Assembly: GCA_964598715.1 (NCBI GenBank)
Contig: CAZRDA010000001.1
Coordinates: forward strand, 1 to 28,818
Length of the DNA stretch: 28,818 nucleotides
Origin: an uncultured bacterium
Lineage (GTDB): Bacteria; Methylomirabilota; Methylomirabilia; Methylomirabilales; JACPAU01
Reading direction: 5' to 3'
How positions within the stretch are numbered: position 1 is the stretch's first letter; the number at the start of each line of letters is the position of its first letter. The notes under the pieces were generated by a model, which searched no databases, was not told where the DNA came from, and was given only the letters and a program-made list of their open reading frames with translations. The translations under genes were made by a program, and so were the position numbers. Below, one piece after another: positions 1 through 9,310 of this stretch.

Positions 1-2694
1 GACCGGCTCCATCTCCTGCGCCCGCAGCGCTCCGAGGAGATGCCGGGCCTGCTCCGGATCCCGCTCCACCACCAGCACCTTCGGCTGCCCGCGGACGGCG
101 ACTACCCCGGCCGCGCGGTTGTTCTCCTCGAGCGCGTCGTTCGCCACCTCCAGCGCGGCCTGGTACACGTGGAAGCCGGTGGCGCTCAGGGTCTGCCGAT
201 AGGCAAAGACATTCTTGCCCGGCTCCAGCTCGACCTTCTGGCTCCCCACGAACTTCCCGTCCCGGTACAGGCTCAGGTGCCCCGAGGCCGCAGCCGATGC
301 CCAGGCCACCACGCGCACGGCGAACGACTCCCCCCGCTTGACCTCCCGGGGGAGGAGCATCTGCTCCAGCAGGACTTCGGCGTCGCCCCACCCCCCGATG
401 GGCTTGACGTACAGGTCCGCCCCCCGCTCGCGGGCCCGCAGCGCCTCGGCCACCGCATCCCCGCGGGTCTCGTTCCCGTCGGTCAGGAGGACGACCCGGT
501 GGGCGCCATCACGCGGGAAGGAGGCCAGGGCAAAGGCCAGCGCCTCCGCCAGGTTAGTCTGCCCGCCCGGCTCCGCCCCCGGCCCCGGAAGCGGGCGCAC
601 GCCCCTCTCCAGCGGCACCTCCAGACGGGGGGTGTCGGCGAAGGCCGCGATGCCGGCCCGATCCTCCTGGCCCATCGCGGCGAGCGCCTCGCGGACGAAA
701 CGCCGGGCGGCTAGTCGCTCGCTGAAAGGAATACTATCCGACTCGTCCAGGAGGAACAGCACGTTCAGCCGGTCGCCCCTCCACGCTATCTGGGGGAGCA
801 GGAGCGCAGCGAGGCAGAGGGCGGCCACGCCTGCGCGGGCCACCAGGGCGCTCCGGGGAACGGGGCGAGCCGCCCGGAAGAACAGGGTGGCCTCCAGCAG
901 GAGGAGCGCCAGGGCCAGCACCGCGAGGTACGGCCACATCTCCCGATAGGCCTGGAAGGTTCGCGCTCCCTCCCCACCGCCCCCCGCGGGGAGGCTCAGG
1001 CGCGGCGTCAGGTCGCTCTCGTCCTCGTCCACGAGGTTGGCCGCGACCCGCTGCTCCCAGTCCCCCGCCTGCAGGAGGTAGATCCCCGCGAGCGTCGTCT
1101 CCGGGAGGGCCACTCCGCCCCCCACCACGGGGACCTCTCGGGCGACGCCGTCGGGCGCCGTGACCCGCACTGCCGCAACGCCGGGGGGGACCGGCACGGT
1201 GAGGCCGCGGCCCGTGGCGGCCTGGAGCGGCAGATCCTCCAGGCGCGTGGGGTAGAGCCACCGGACGGCGTTGCTGAGGAGGAGGGGGAAGGCGGCCCGA
1301 AGCGGCAGGTCGGAGCGGAGCGGATCGAAGCCGACGAAGACGATGCGCGATCCGCCCTCCTCGAAGGCCAGAGCCAGGGGGGTGAGCGTGGACTCGATGA
1401 GGGTCCGACTTCCGGTGAGGGGGCGGACCCGCAGGGCCTCCTCGATGAGGACCTGGGAGAGGTCCAGGAAGCGCATGGCGGGGTGACTCCGGTCCCAGTC
1501 CACGACGACGGGGTTCCGGATCGTGCCCGTCACCTCCAGGGGGGTGTTGCCGGCCACGGTGTTGACCAGGATGTAGCGCCCCCGCTCCAGGCGGGCGGGG
1601 GCGGCGCCGTCCAGGACGACCACGTCATGCTCCCCGGGGTTCCCCTCGAAGAGGGTGGGCGGGGTGGTGACCAGCTCCACCTGGGGATCCGATCGGAGGG
1701 CCTGCTCGAGGAAGAGGTTCCCCTCGCTCACCAGGAGAACCCGCAAGGTCCGCGGGGGGGGCAGCAGCGCCCAGCCCCGGTTGTCCACGGCCAGGGCGTC
1801 CGCGACCTCGGCCGTCACCTCCAGGGCCCCGCCCCCATGGTGACTGAAGGGAACGATGAGCGACCGGCGGGTCTGCGGGAGGAGCGTCACCTGCTGCCGG
1901 CTGAGCCGCACCCCCTCCAGGGTCACGACCAGCGGGAAGGTGACCGTCTGCCCTCCGGCATTGGCCAGGGCGACGTACAGCTCGTGCTGGGCCCCCGAGT
2001 AAAACTTCTTCCGGACCCGGAGCCCGCTGATGGCCACGTTGGGGGCCGGGCGACCGACAAAGTGGACCTCCAGCTCCGCGGTGCGGGGCAGGGACGGCAG
2101 CGCCCGGCTACTCGCCCCATCGGTGAACAGGTGAACCTCCGTCGGTCCTGCCCCCTCCGCAAAGGCGGCTGCCAGGCGCAACGCCGCCGCCAGGTCCGCC
2201 CCCCCGTCCTGCGGCGCGAGCCGGGCGAGGCCGGCCCGCAGGTCGCTCGCATCCCGCGTGAGGGGGACGGTCACTGCCGGGCGCGGCCCGGCCGCGATGA
2301 GGACAGCCTCCTCCCCCGGGGACAGGCGGTCGGCGACAGCCCGCGCCTCGCCAACCGCCCGGGCGAAGCGGGACGGACGCTCGTCGGTCGCCTGCATGCT
2401 CGCGGAGGTGTCCACGATGAGGACGGCCCGCCCGAACCCGACGGTCCGGGTGAGGAGCCCGGGGCGGGCCAGGGCCAGGGCCAGGGCCGTCACCAGGAGG
2501 ATCTGGACGAGAAGGATCAGCGGAAGCCGCAGGCGCCGAAAGAGCGTCCTGCCCTGCGGTTCGCCGGCCGGCAGCCCCCACAGAAGGAGGCTGCTGACCG
2601 TGACCTCCAGCCGGCGGCGCCGCACCGTGTACAGGAGGACCAGGAGCGGCACTCCCAGGAGAAAGATGAGCGCCAGGGGGTTGCCGAAGCTCAT
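1..2694 (-). CDS. BatA N-terminal domain + two VWA domains, membrane protein (3' end runs off window, >898 aa)
   Basis: Not in the ORF track because no stop lies in the window. ATG at 2694 overlaps the DUF58 stop (ATGA). Begins MSFGNPLALIFLLGVPLLVLLYTVRRRR...VSSLLLW (BatA-like). VWA1 has DTSAS (2398-2412) and LFTDG; two hydrophobic helices at ~800-940; VWA2 has DESDS (733-747), TNLAEAL and LLTDGNET. Frame read by eye with no stop. Confidence 0.85.
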   Translation of the reverse strand, partial: MSFGNPLALIFLLGVPLLVLLYTVRRRRLEVTVSSLLLWGLPAGEPQGRTLFRRLRLPLILLVQILLVTALALALARPGLLTRTVGFGRAVLIVDTSASMQATDERPSRFARAVGEARAVADRLSPGEEAVLIAAGPRPAVTVPLTRDASDLRAGLARLAPQDGGADLAAALRLAAAFAEGAGPTEVHLFTDGASSRALPSLPRTAELEVHFVGRPAPNVAISGLRVRKKFYSGAQHELYVALANAGGQTVTFPLVVTLEGVRLSRQQVTLLPQTRRSLIVPFSHHGGGALEVTAEVADALAVDNRGWALLPPPRTLRVLLVSEGNLFLEQALRSDPQVELVTTPPTLFEGNPGEHDVVVLDGAAPARLERGRYILVNTVAGNTPLEVTGTIRNPVVVDWDRSHPAMRFLDLSQVLIEEALRVRPLTGSRTLIESTLTPLALAFEEGGSRIVFVGFDPLRSDLPLRAAFPLLLSNAVRWLYPTRLEDLPLQAATGRGLTVPVPPGVAAVRVTAPDGVAREVPVVGGGVALPETTLAGIYLLQAGDWEQRVAANLVDEDESDLTPRLSLPAGGGGEGARTFQAYREMWPYLAVLALALLLLEATLFFRAARPVPRSALVARAGVAALCLAALLLPQIAWRGDRLNVLFLLDESDSIPFSERLAARRFVREALAAMGQEDRAGIAAFADTPRLEVPLERGVRPLPGPGAEPGGQTNLAEALAFALASFPRDGAHRVVLLTDGNETRGDAVAEALRARERGADLYVKPIGGWGDAEVLLEQMLLPREVKRGESFAVRVVAWASAAASGHLSLYRDGKFVGSQKVELEPGKNVFAYRQTLSATGFHVYQAALEVANDALEENNRAAGVVAVRGQPKVLVVERDPEQARHLLGALRAQEMEPV

Positions 2695-3572
2695 GCCAGC
2701 ACCCCCCCGTGCGTCAGGTGGGTGAGGATGAAGTCTTCAAAGGGCAGTGCCGTGCTGATCCGGAGGTAGTCCGCCCCGCTGCGGCGGCAGAAGTCCTCCG
2801 CGCGACCGCACAGGGCCCGCAGGTTCTCCAGGTAGCGCCGGCGGGTCTCGAGGGTGAGGACCACCTCCCGCCGCTCCCCGGTCTCCGCGTCGGTGAGGAG
2901 GAGGTCTCCCGTGACCGCCGGGTCAAGTTCGCCCGGGGTGACGAGGTGGATCAGGACGGCCTCGTAGCCGCGCCCGAGCAGCGAGGCGAGCCCCGTCTCA
3001 AAGCCGCTCCCGTCGAGCAGGTCCGTGAAGAGGATCGCCAGTCCCGGCGAACGCGCCTGGCGTGCGTAGGCCGTGAGGGCCAGGTTCAGGTTGGTCCCCC
3101 CCTGTGGCGTGAGCCCTTCGAGCTGCTTCAGGACCGTGAAGATCTGGGAGCGCCCGCGCAGGGGTCGGGAAAGGGCGGCGAGCCCCTCCCCCAGGATGCC
3201 CAGGGCGGCCCGTTCGTGGCCCGAGAGCGCGACGAAGGCGAGGGCGGCGGCGGCCCGCGCCGCGTAGAGGAGCTTCGACGGCTCGCCGAAGGCCATCGAG
3301 CGGCTGCAGTCCAGGAGGAGGTGCAGGCAGAGATCCTCCTCCTCGATGAACAGCTTCAGGATGAGCCGGTCCAGCCGGCTGAAGATATTCCAGTCCAGAT
3401 ACCGCAGGTCATCCCCGGCCGCGTAGGGACGGAAGTCGTGAAATTCGACCCCGCTCCCCCGCTTCGGCCCGCGCCGCTCCCCCTTCCCCCTCCCGCGCAT
3501 GCGCTTGCGGGAGACCAGGTCCAGGATCTCCAGTTTCCGGCGGAACTCGGGGTGGAAGATGCTGCGCGGCAC
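2691..3572 (-). CDS. DUF58 domain protein (MoxR-associated, VWA-like)
   Basis: Signature G.G.EF.DFRPY..GDDLRYLDWN..SR...L.LKLF.EE followed by LLLDCSRSM. GTG start with GGGAG upstream. Confidence 0.9.
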   Translation of the reverse strand: MPRSIFHPEFRRKLEILDLVSRKRMRGRGKGERRGPKRGSGVEFHDFRPYAAGDDLRYLDWNIFSRLDRLILKLFIEEEDLCLHLLLDCSRSMAFGEPSKLLYAARAAAALAFVALSGHERAALGILGEGLAALSRPLRGRSQIFTVLKQLEGLTPQGGTNLNLALTAYARQARSPGLAILFTDLLDGSGFETGLASLLGRGYEAVLIHLVTPGELDPAVTGDLLLTDAETGERREVVLTLETRRRYLENLRALCGRAEDFCRRSGADYLRISTALPFEDFILTHLTHGGVLA

Positions 3573-3598
3573 CCATCTCCCGGCGCCGAGGGGTGTCC

Positions 3599-5032
3599 CT
3601 AGCGCTGGGCCTCCAGGGCATCGAAGTATCGCTTGACCTGCTCCCGGTAGTCGGGGGGGATCGCTTCCTTGGTGAGGGCCTCCTCCATCATCTGCCGGTA
3701 GCGGGTCAGCACCTGGGTGTGGGGGAGGCGGGAGGCGCCCCGGTCCCCGCGGCCCACCACGTTGGTGTTGTAGGACTCGCTCGGGCCGTCCCGCACCTGG
3801 CCCCGGAGCCCGGTATCCACGCCCTCGCCGCGCAGGCGCGGCGTGGCGCGCCCGCGGGTGCCGGGGGAGGGGCCGGTCCCGGGCAGGGAGCCCGCGTCCC
3901 CCATCCCCTCGAAGTCCATTCCAAAGCCATCGAGACCCTCCGACCCCTCCTCGGCCCCCGGCGGAGGCAGGCGGCCGGGCCCCTCCAGATCTCGCCTGCC
4001 CCGGCCCCCGCCACCGTCCCGATCGCGGAGGCGGGAGAGGGCCCGGTCGAGGTTCCGGAGGGCCTCCTCCCGGGTGCCGCTCATCCCCCCCTCCGGGTCG
4101 CCCGAGAAGTCATCGGCGTACAGCCCGCTCCCGCCGCGCCTCCCCATCCGGTCAATCTCCGACAGGAGGCGCCGCAGTTCCTCGGCGGAGAGATCCTTCA
4201 GGGACCGCTCCCCGAGCGTCTCCCGCATCCGGCCCACGGCCACCTGGTAGGGCGTACGGGTGAAGCCCTGCTTCAGGTCGGGGATGGAGTCCGGCTTTCC
4301 GAGCAGCTTGAGCCGCTCATCCCCTTCCCTGATGAAGGAGCCGAAGTCGGGCCGCCGGCCGGAGAGGGGAGTATCGCGGAATTCGGCCGCGCCCTCGCCG
4401 CCGACATGGGTGGGCGGGACGAAGGTCTGGCTCATCCCCCGGTCGCGCGGTCTTGCAGCCTCGGCCAGGGCCGGCGGCTCTGCCCGGGGGGGCTGGGGGA
4501 TCCTGCGCTCCGGGAGCGGCTCCTCGCCCCCGGCCGCCGGAACTCCCGGAGCCTCCGCCGGGGCCGGCCGATCCCAGAGAAGGGGCGGAAGGGCGAGCAG
4601 AAGGAGCGCGGCGGCGAGGGCAGCGCTTGCCCAGGCGAAATCCCGGACGGGCAGCCTGAGAGGAAGGGCCCGGCGGACGTCCGGAATGATGGCCGCCGTT
4701 TCAGCCAGCGCGAGCAGTTCCGCCGCGCTCCGGGCCTGGCGACGGGAAAGCTCGACACCGGTGGCCAGGCGATCCTCCAGGTCGAGGCGGGCATCCAGGA
4801 GGCGGGCCGCATCAAAGGCGTCGAGCCGCAGCAGCAGGCCCACGACGAACCCCCCGATGAGGCCAAGCGTGCCCAGGGCTCCCAGCAGGAGCGGGGGCGA
4901 AAGAGGCAGGAGGCTGCGGGCCAGAACGAGCGGGAGACTAAGGAAGAGGCAGCAGGCGAGCCCGCGAACAGCCAGCCGCAGCCCCCGGAGGACCCGGATG
5001 CGCCAGCGGGCTCTTCCCAGGGTATCCCACAT
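3599..5032 (-). CDS. Conserved hypothetical membrane-anchored protein (DUF4175/TIGR02302-like architecture)
   Basis: ATG at 5032 overlaps the mnmA stop (ATGA). N-terminal hydrophobic helices, AARLLDARLDLEDRLATG motif, Gly/Pro-rich middle, C-terminal EEALTKEAIPPDYREQVKRYF, typical of proteins in DUF58/VWA clusters. Family name is tentative. Confidence 0.7.
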   Translation of the reverse strand: MWDTLGRARWRIRVLRGLRLAVRGLACCLFLSLPLVLARSLLPLSPPLLLGALGTLGLIGGFVVGLLLRLDAFDAARLLDARLDLEDRLATGVELSRRQARSAAELLALAETAAIIPDVRRALPLRLPVRDFAWASAALAAALLLLALPPLLWDRPAPAEAPGVPAAGGEEPLPERRIPQPPRAEPPALAEAARPRDRGMSQTFVPPTHVGGEGAAEFRDTPLSGRRPDFGSFIREGDERLKLLGKPDSIPDLKQGFTRTPYQVAVGRMRETLGERSLKDLSAEELRRLLSEIDRMGRRGGSGLYADDFSGDPEGGMSGTREEALRNLDRALSRLRDRDGGGGRGRRDLEGPGRLPPPGAEEGSEGLDGFGMDFEGMGDAGSLPGTGPSPGTRGRATPRLRGEGVDTGLRGQVRDGPSESYNTNVVGRGDRGASRLPHTQVLTRYRQMMEEALTKEAIPPDYREQVKRYFDALEAQR

Positions 5033-6153
5033 CAGCCTGCACCCTCCGCATGCGGAGAGCGGCCGAGCCACGCGCGCCGGATCAGTCCACCCCCTACGAC
5101 CAGGTCCGGGTCCTCCGCCTCGTAGAAGGCGGCAACCTGGCCCGGCGACACCGCCTGGACAGGCTCTTCGAACCGGACGATCACCGTCCCTGCCTCCCCT
5201 GGCAGCAGGATGGCGGGGCGGGGGGGCTGGCGGTGGCGGGTGCTCGCCAGGGCGCGCCGTGGGCCCGGAAGCCGCTCGAAGGGGATGAACGTTGCCCCCC
5301 CCACCTCCACCGTATCCACCAGCAGGTCTTCGGCCTCCCCCACGGTCACCGCGTTTTGTTCCGCGTCGAGCGCAACGACGAAGCGGGGCGGCCCGCCCCC
5401 GAGGCCCAGACCCCGGCGCTGCCCGACCGTGTAGGCGGCGATGCCGCGGTGCTCCCCCAGGATGCGGCCCGCACGGTCGCGGATAGGACCGGGTCGCGCC
5501 GCCTCCGGCGCCCGCTCCTCCAGGAAGGCCCGGTAATCGTTCCCGGGCACGAAGCAGATCTCCTGGCTCTCATCCTTCTCGGCCACCGGCAGCCCGCGGG
5601 CGGCGGCCAGGGCGCGGACCTCGTGCTTCTGGAGGTCTCCCACGGGCATCAGCGCGCGCGATAGCTGCGCCTGCCCCAGGCCGCAGAGAAAGTACGACTG
5701 GTCCTTCCGCCGATCCGCCGCGCGCCGGAGCAGGGCGCGCCCGGTGGCGGGGTCGCGCCCGATGCGCGCGTAGTGCCCGGTGGCGAGCTTCTCGGCCCCC
5801 AGCCGCCGCGCGGCGGCGAGGAGCGAGCCGAACTTCACGTGCTGGTTACAGGCGAAGCACGGGTTCGGCGTGCACCCCGTGAGGTAGGCGGCCGTGAAGG
5901 GCGCGATGACCGTCCGGTCGAAGGTGGCCTCATGGTTCAGCACGAAGTGGGGGATGCCGAGGAGGCGCGCGGTGAGGCGGGCGTCGTCCGCGTCCCGTGC
6001 GGTGCAGCAGCCGCGGGTGAGAGTGCCGCTCCCGTCGCGAGGGGCAAGGCGGAGGGTCACCCCCACCACCTCGTAGCCCGCCTCCTTGAGCAGGGCAGCG
6101 GCGACGGCCGAATCCACGCCCCCGCTCATCGCCGCCACGACCCGCTCGGCCAT
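5032..6153 (-). CDS. mnmA: tRNA-specific 2-thiouridylase MnmA
   Basis: AMSGGVDS PP-loop, TPNPCFACN, ATGHYAR, KDQSYFL, SQEICF, YTVGQRRGLG, PGQ motifs. Confidence 0.96.
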   Translation of the reverse strand: MAERVVAAMSGGVDSAVAAALLKEAGYEVVGVTLRLAPRDGSGTLTRGCCTARDADDARLTARLLGIPHFVLNHEATFDRTVIAPFTAAYLTGCTPNPCFACNQHVKFGSLLAAARRLGAEKLATGHYARIGRDPATGRALLRRAADRRKDQSYFLCGLGQAQLSRALMPVGDLQKHEVRALAAARGLPVAEKDESQEICFVPGNDYRAFLEERAPEAARPGPIRDRAGRILGEHRGIAAYTVGQRRGLGLGGGPPRFVVALDAEQNAVTVGEAEDLLVDTVEVGGATFIPFERLPGPRRALASTRHRQPPRPAILLPGEAGTVIVRFEEPVQAVSPGQVAAFYEAEDPDLVVGGGLIRRAWLGRSPHAEGAG

Positions 6154-6165
6154 TCGCCCCTTTCC

Positions 6166-6561
6166 TTACTCGGCCGGCCCGCTCTCCCCCGACTTCGGCG
6201 CCGTGCCCGGCTCGGGCTCGACCATGAGACACGTCCCGTTGAAAACCGCCCCTTCGGTGATGATGAGCGACGGGGTCGTGATGTTCCCGGAGACCACGCT
6301 GGATGCCAGGAGCTCCACCCGCTTCATGGCCCGGATATTCCCCACGATGCGGCCGCTGTTCACGACGGTCCCGACTTCCACCTCCGCCTTGAGGAGGCCG
6401 GGCTCCCCAACGATGAGAAGGTCGTCCCCGACCACCTCGCCCTCCACGTGGCCGTCAATCCGGACCGTTCCCTGGAAGGAAAGAACCCCCCTGAACTCGG
6501 TTCCCTCACCGAGGAACGCTTTGATCTCTGCCGGCTTCACCGGCCCCCGGTTCTTTCCCAC
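6166..6561 (-). CDS. Bactofilin (polymer-forming cytoskeletal protein)
   Basis: FLGEGTEFRGVLSFQGTVRIDGHVEGEV...IVG...V.SGRIVGNI....VEL...SVVSGNITTPSLIITEGAVFNG: the beta-helix repeat pattern of bactofilins. Confidence 0.9.
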   Translation of the reverse strand: MGKNRGPVKPAEIKAFLGEGTEFRGVLSFQGTVRIDGHVEGEVVGDDLLIVGEPGLLKAEVEVGTVVNSGRIVGNIRAMKRVELLASSVVSGNITTPSLIITEGAVFNGTCLMVEPEPGTAPKSGESGPAE

Positions 6562-6618
6562 GGACAGCGCGCGATCCCTCCGGTGCGGGCGAGGTAACTC
6601 TAGTGAAAATCGCGCGTT

Positions 6619-6647
6619 ACGCTACCACGGTTCCCCTGAACTGTCAA
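6619..6647 (-). promoter_or_regulatory. sigma70-type promoter for the bactofilin-mnmA operon
   Basis: Minus strand TTGACA-17 bp-TAGCGT with extended -10 TGG. Confidence 0.75.
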
Positions 6648-6791
6648 ACGCGCGTCGGCGGAGCCACCGCGCGGTCCTGCCAGAGGAGAGGCCATCGTCT
6701 TGAGCGATTGACGGCGGGTCCGGGGGAGGCGAAGGGGGCGTGCAGCGGAGCCTGCGGGGCCGGCGAGCGCCGGCGGTTCCTCGGCCCAGCG

Positions 6792-7037
6792 CTAGGCGCC
6801 GGGTGCGCTCTTCAGGCGCTCGCGAAGGAACCGCAGCAGGCGATCCTCCAGCTCCGGTGGAATATCCTCGCAGGCAACCTCACGGATGAGGCGGGTCGTG
6901 GTCCGGTAGGTCTTGAGGAAGTTCAGGCACGGGGGGCAGTCGGTGAGGTGCTGATCGAGGTCGCGGGCCACTTCGGGCGAAAGCTGGCCCTCGAGGTAAT
7001 CGGCCAGGAGGTCAACCAGCTCCTTGCAACTTCTCAT
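6792..7037 (-). CDS. Soluble zinc-binding anti-sigma factor (zf-HC2/ZAS)
   Basis: C.ELVDLLADYLEGQL...QHLTDCPPC (HxxxCxxC); 81 aa, no TM segment; ATGA-coupled to the sigma gene. Confidence 0.88.
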   Translation of the reverse strand: MRSCKELVDLLADYLEGQLSPEVARDLDQHLTDCPPCLNFLKTYRTTTRLIREVACEDIPPELEDRLLRFLRERLKSAPGA

Positions 7038-7648
7038 GCCCGCGGCCCCCCGGCCTCGACGTACGTCGCCAGCCGCTCCCGGAGGGCGAGGCGCGCCCGG
7101 TGCAACCGGGATTTGACCGCCAGGACCGTAGCCCCGAGAACCTCCGCCACCTCCTGATTCGAGAGGCCCTCGATGTCCCGGAGGACCACCGCCGCCTTGT
7201 AGTCCGGCGGGAGGGCCGCGATCGCGTCCTGCACGACCCGCCGGCGCTCGGCGGCGAGGAGCCGATCCTCCGGCACCTCCGACCAGTCGGCCACCGGCCG
7301 GGCGTGATGGCCGTCCGCGGCGAAGGCGGGCCCTGCCTCCTCGATGGAGAGATGCTGCCCGCCCGGGCGCGCCCGGAGCTTCATCAGGGCGGCGTTGGTG
7401 GCGATCCGATACAGCCAGGTGCTCAAGGCCGCCCGCCCGTCGAAGTCGCCGATCTTCCGGTACACGGCCAGGAAGACATCCTGCGTGGCCTCCTCCGCAT
7501 CCTGCGCGTTGCGCGTTATGTTCATCGCCAGGCGGTAGACCTTCCCCTGGTACCGCTTCAGGAGCGCCGCGAAGGCCTCCTCGTCCCCGCGCCTCAGGCG
7601 CTCCACCAGCGCGGCGTCCCCCGCGTGCCTCCCGGTCGTGAGCGCCAT
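7034..7648 (-). CDS. ECF RNA polymerase sigma-70 family factor
   Basis: Region 2 DAEEATQDVFLAVYRKIGDFDGRAALSTWLYRIATN; region 4 LSNQEVAEVLG....VKSRLHRARLALR. Confidence 0.93.
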   Translation of the reverse strand: MALTTGRHAGDAALVERLRRGDEEAFAALLKRYQGKVYRLAMNITRNAQDAEEATQDVFLAVYRKIGDFDGRAALSTWLYRIATNAALMKLRARPGGQHLSIEEAGPAFAADGHHARPVADWSEVPEDRLLAAERRRVVQDAIAALPPDYKAAVVLRDIEGLSNQEVAEVLGATVLAVKSRLHRARLALRERLATYVEAGGPRA

Positions 7649-7704
7649 CGGGCCCGACCCCTCTCCCCGACCCCCCGCGCCTCCTCCACCCGCGTGCGGG
7701 GGCG

Positions 7705-8559
7705 CTACGCGAGCGGCTCGCCGGAGATGGCCTCCACCACGCGCGTCAGGTCCTCGTCAGAGAAATAGTGCACCTCAATCCGGCCGCCCACCCCCGCCGG
7801 GATGATCGCCACCTTGGTCGCCAGGCGCTGCCGCAGCCGGTCCTCCAGGGCGCGCAGGTTGGGGGAGAGGCGGGGTCCGGGGAGCCTCCCGCGGACCGGT
7901 CTGGGTCTGAGGCGGCGGACGAGACTCTCGGCCGCCCGGACTGTGAGCCCCTGCTTGACGATCTGCTCGCGCAAGCGGAGCTGCTCCGAAGCCTCCTCCA
8001 CAGCCAACAGGGCCCGGGCATGGCCGGCCGTGAGCACGCCCGCCGTCAGGTCCTCCTGAATCCTGGTGGGCAAACGGAGGAGGCGGAGGGCGTTGGCCAC
8101 AGAGGAGCGGTCCCGGCCGACCCGCCGGGCCACCTCCTCTTGGCTGAGGCCGAAATCCTCGGTGAGCCTCCGGTACACCTCCGCTTCTTCGATGGGATTG
8201 AGGTCCTCGCGCTGGATGTTCTCGATCAGCGCCAGCGCCAGCATCTCACTGTCGCTGACCTCTTTGATGATGGCCGGGATAGTTGCGATTCCTGCCAGTC
8301 TCGCTGCTCTGTGGCGGCGCTCGCCTGCGACAAGTTCATACCCGTCTTGTGTTTGGCGCAGGATCACCGGGGCGAGAACCCCGTGGGAGCGGATTGAGGC
8401 CGCGAGTTCTTTTAACTTTTCGTCATCAAAGGTTTTCCTAGGCTGAAAGCTCGACGATCGGATCGAATCCAGAGGGATCTGTCGAATCCCGCGCTCCTCT
8501 GCGGCCCCGCTAGGAATCAGGGCCTCAAGCCCCCGACCGAGCGCCTGGCGCTGGGCCAT
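7705..8559 (-). CDS. parB: Chromosome partitioning protein ParB/Spo0J
   Basis: LGRGLEAL N-terminal peptide, QPRK.F, GERRHRA CTPase motif, IENIQREDLNPIEEA, HTH SQEEVARRVGRDRSSVANALRLL. Confidence 0.96.
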   Translation of the reverse strand: MAQRQALGRGLEALIPSGAAEERGIRQIPLDSIRSSSFQPRKTFDDEKLKELAASIRSHGVLAPVILRQTQDGYELVAGERRHRAARLAGIATIPAIIKEVSDSEMLALALIENIQREDLNPIEEAEVYRRLTEDFGLSQEEVARRVGRDRSSVANALRLLRLPTRIQEDLTAGVLTAGHARALLAVEEASEQLRLREQIVKQGLTVRAAESLVRRLRPRPVRGRLPGPRLSPNLRALEDRLRQRLATKVAIIPAGVGGRIEVHYFSDEDLTRVVEAISGEPLA

Positions 8560-9310
8560 TGATCACCTCCTCGGCTAGACTGAGATACGCCTCCGCACCG
8601 GCAGACCTGATGTCGTAGAGCAGGATGGGCTGCCCGAAGCTCGGTGCCTCACTCAAGCGGATGCTCCTCGGGATGACCGCTGAGAAGACCTTGCCCGGAA
8701 AGTTTCTCCGCACATTCTCGACGACCTGTCGGGCAAGGGTCAGCCGCCCGTCATACATCGTCAGAAGCCCCCCCTCAATCGCCAGATCGGGGTTTAGGCC
8801 CATCCGGACGAGCCGTATCGTCTCCAGGAGCCGCCCCAGCCCCTCGAGAGCATAGTACTCGCACTGGATCGGGATGAGCACCGAGTGCGCCGCCGTAAGT
8901 CCGTTCAGGGTCATCAATCCAAGGGAGGGCGGACAGTCCAGCAGGATAAAATCGTACTCGGACGCGACATCCGCGAGAGCATGCTTCAGGAGGAACTCCC
9001 TCCCGGACCTTCCGACCAGCTCTACTTCAGCGCCGATGAGATCGGGCCTGGACGGAAGCACCGAAAGAGCTTGGAGGGCGGTCTTCTGAATGGCATCTCT
9101 GGCCCGGGCCTTCCCAATCAGGACCTCGTAGATGCTGGGCCCTCCGAAGTCCTTCGGGATTCCAGCACCCGATGTGCCATTCGCTTGGGGATCCAGATCC
9201 ACGAGGAGGGTGTTCCTCTCGGCGACAGCCAGAGAGGCTGACAGGTTGACTGCCGTCGTGGTTTTGCCGACGCCCCCCTTTTGGTTGGCCACGGCGATGA
9301 CGCGAGCCAC
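8525..9310 (-). CDS. parA: Chromosome partitioning ATPase ParA/Soj
   Basis: Deviant Walker A NQKGGVGKTTT, DLDPQ.N, DCPPSLG, IPIQCEYYALEG, IPRSIRLSEAPSFG. Confidence 0.96.
   Translation of the reverse strand: MARVIAVANQKGGVGKTTTAVNLSASLAVAERNTLLVDLDPQANGTSGAGIPKDFGGPSIYEVLIGKARARDAIQKTALQALSVLPSRPDLIGAEVELVGRSGREFLLKHALADVASEYDFILLDCPPSLGLMTLNGLTAAHSVLIPIQCEYYALEGLGRLLETIRLVRMGLNPDLAIEGGLLTMYDGRLTLARQVVENVRRNFPGKVFSAVIPRSIRLSEAPSFGQPILLYDIRSAGAEAYLSLAEEVINGPAPGARSGA

Noticed and set aside
40-2769. Plus-strand ORFs 40-714, 215-949 and 1483-2769
   Set aside because: Antisense shadows of the minus-strand BatA/VWA gene.
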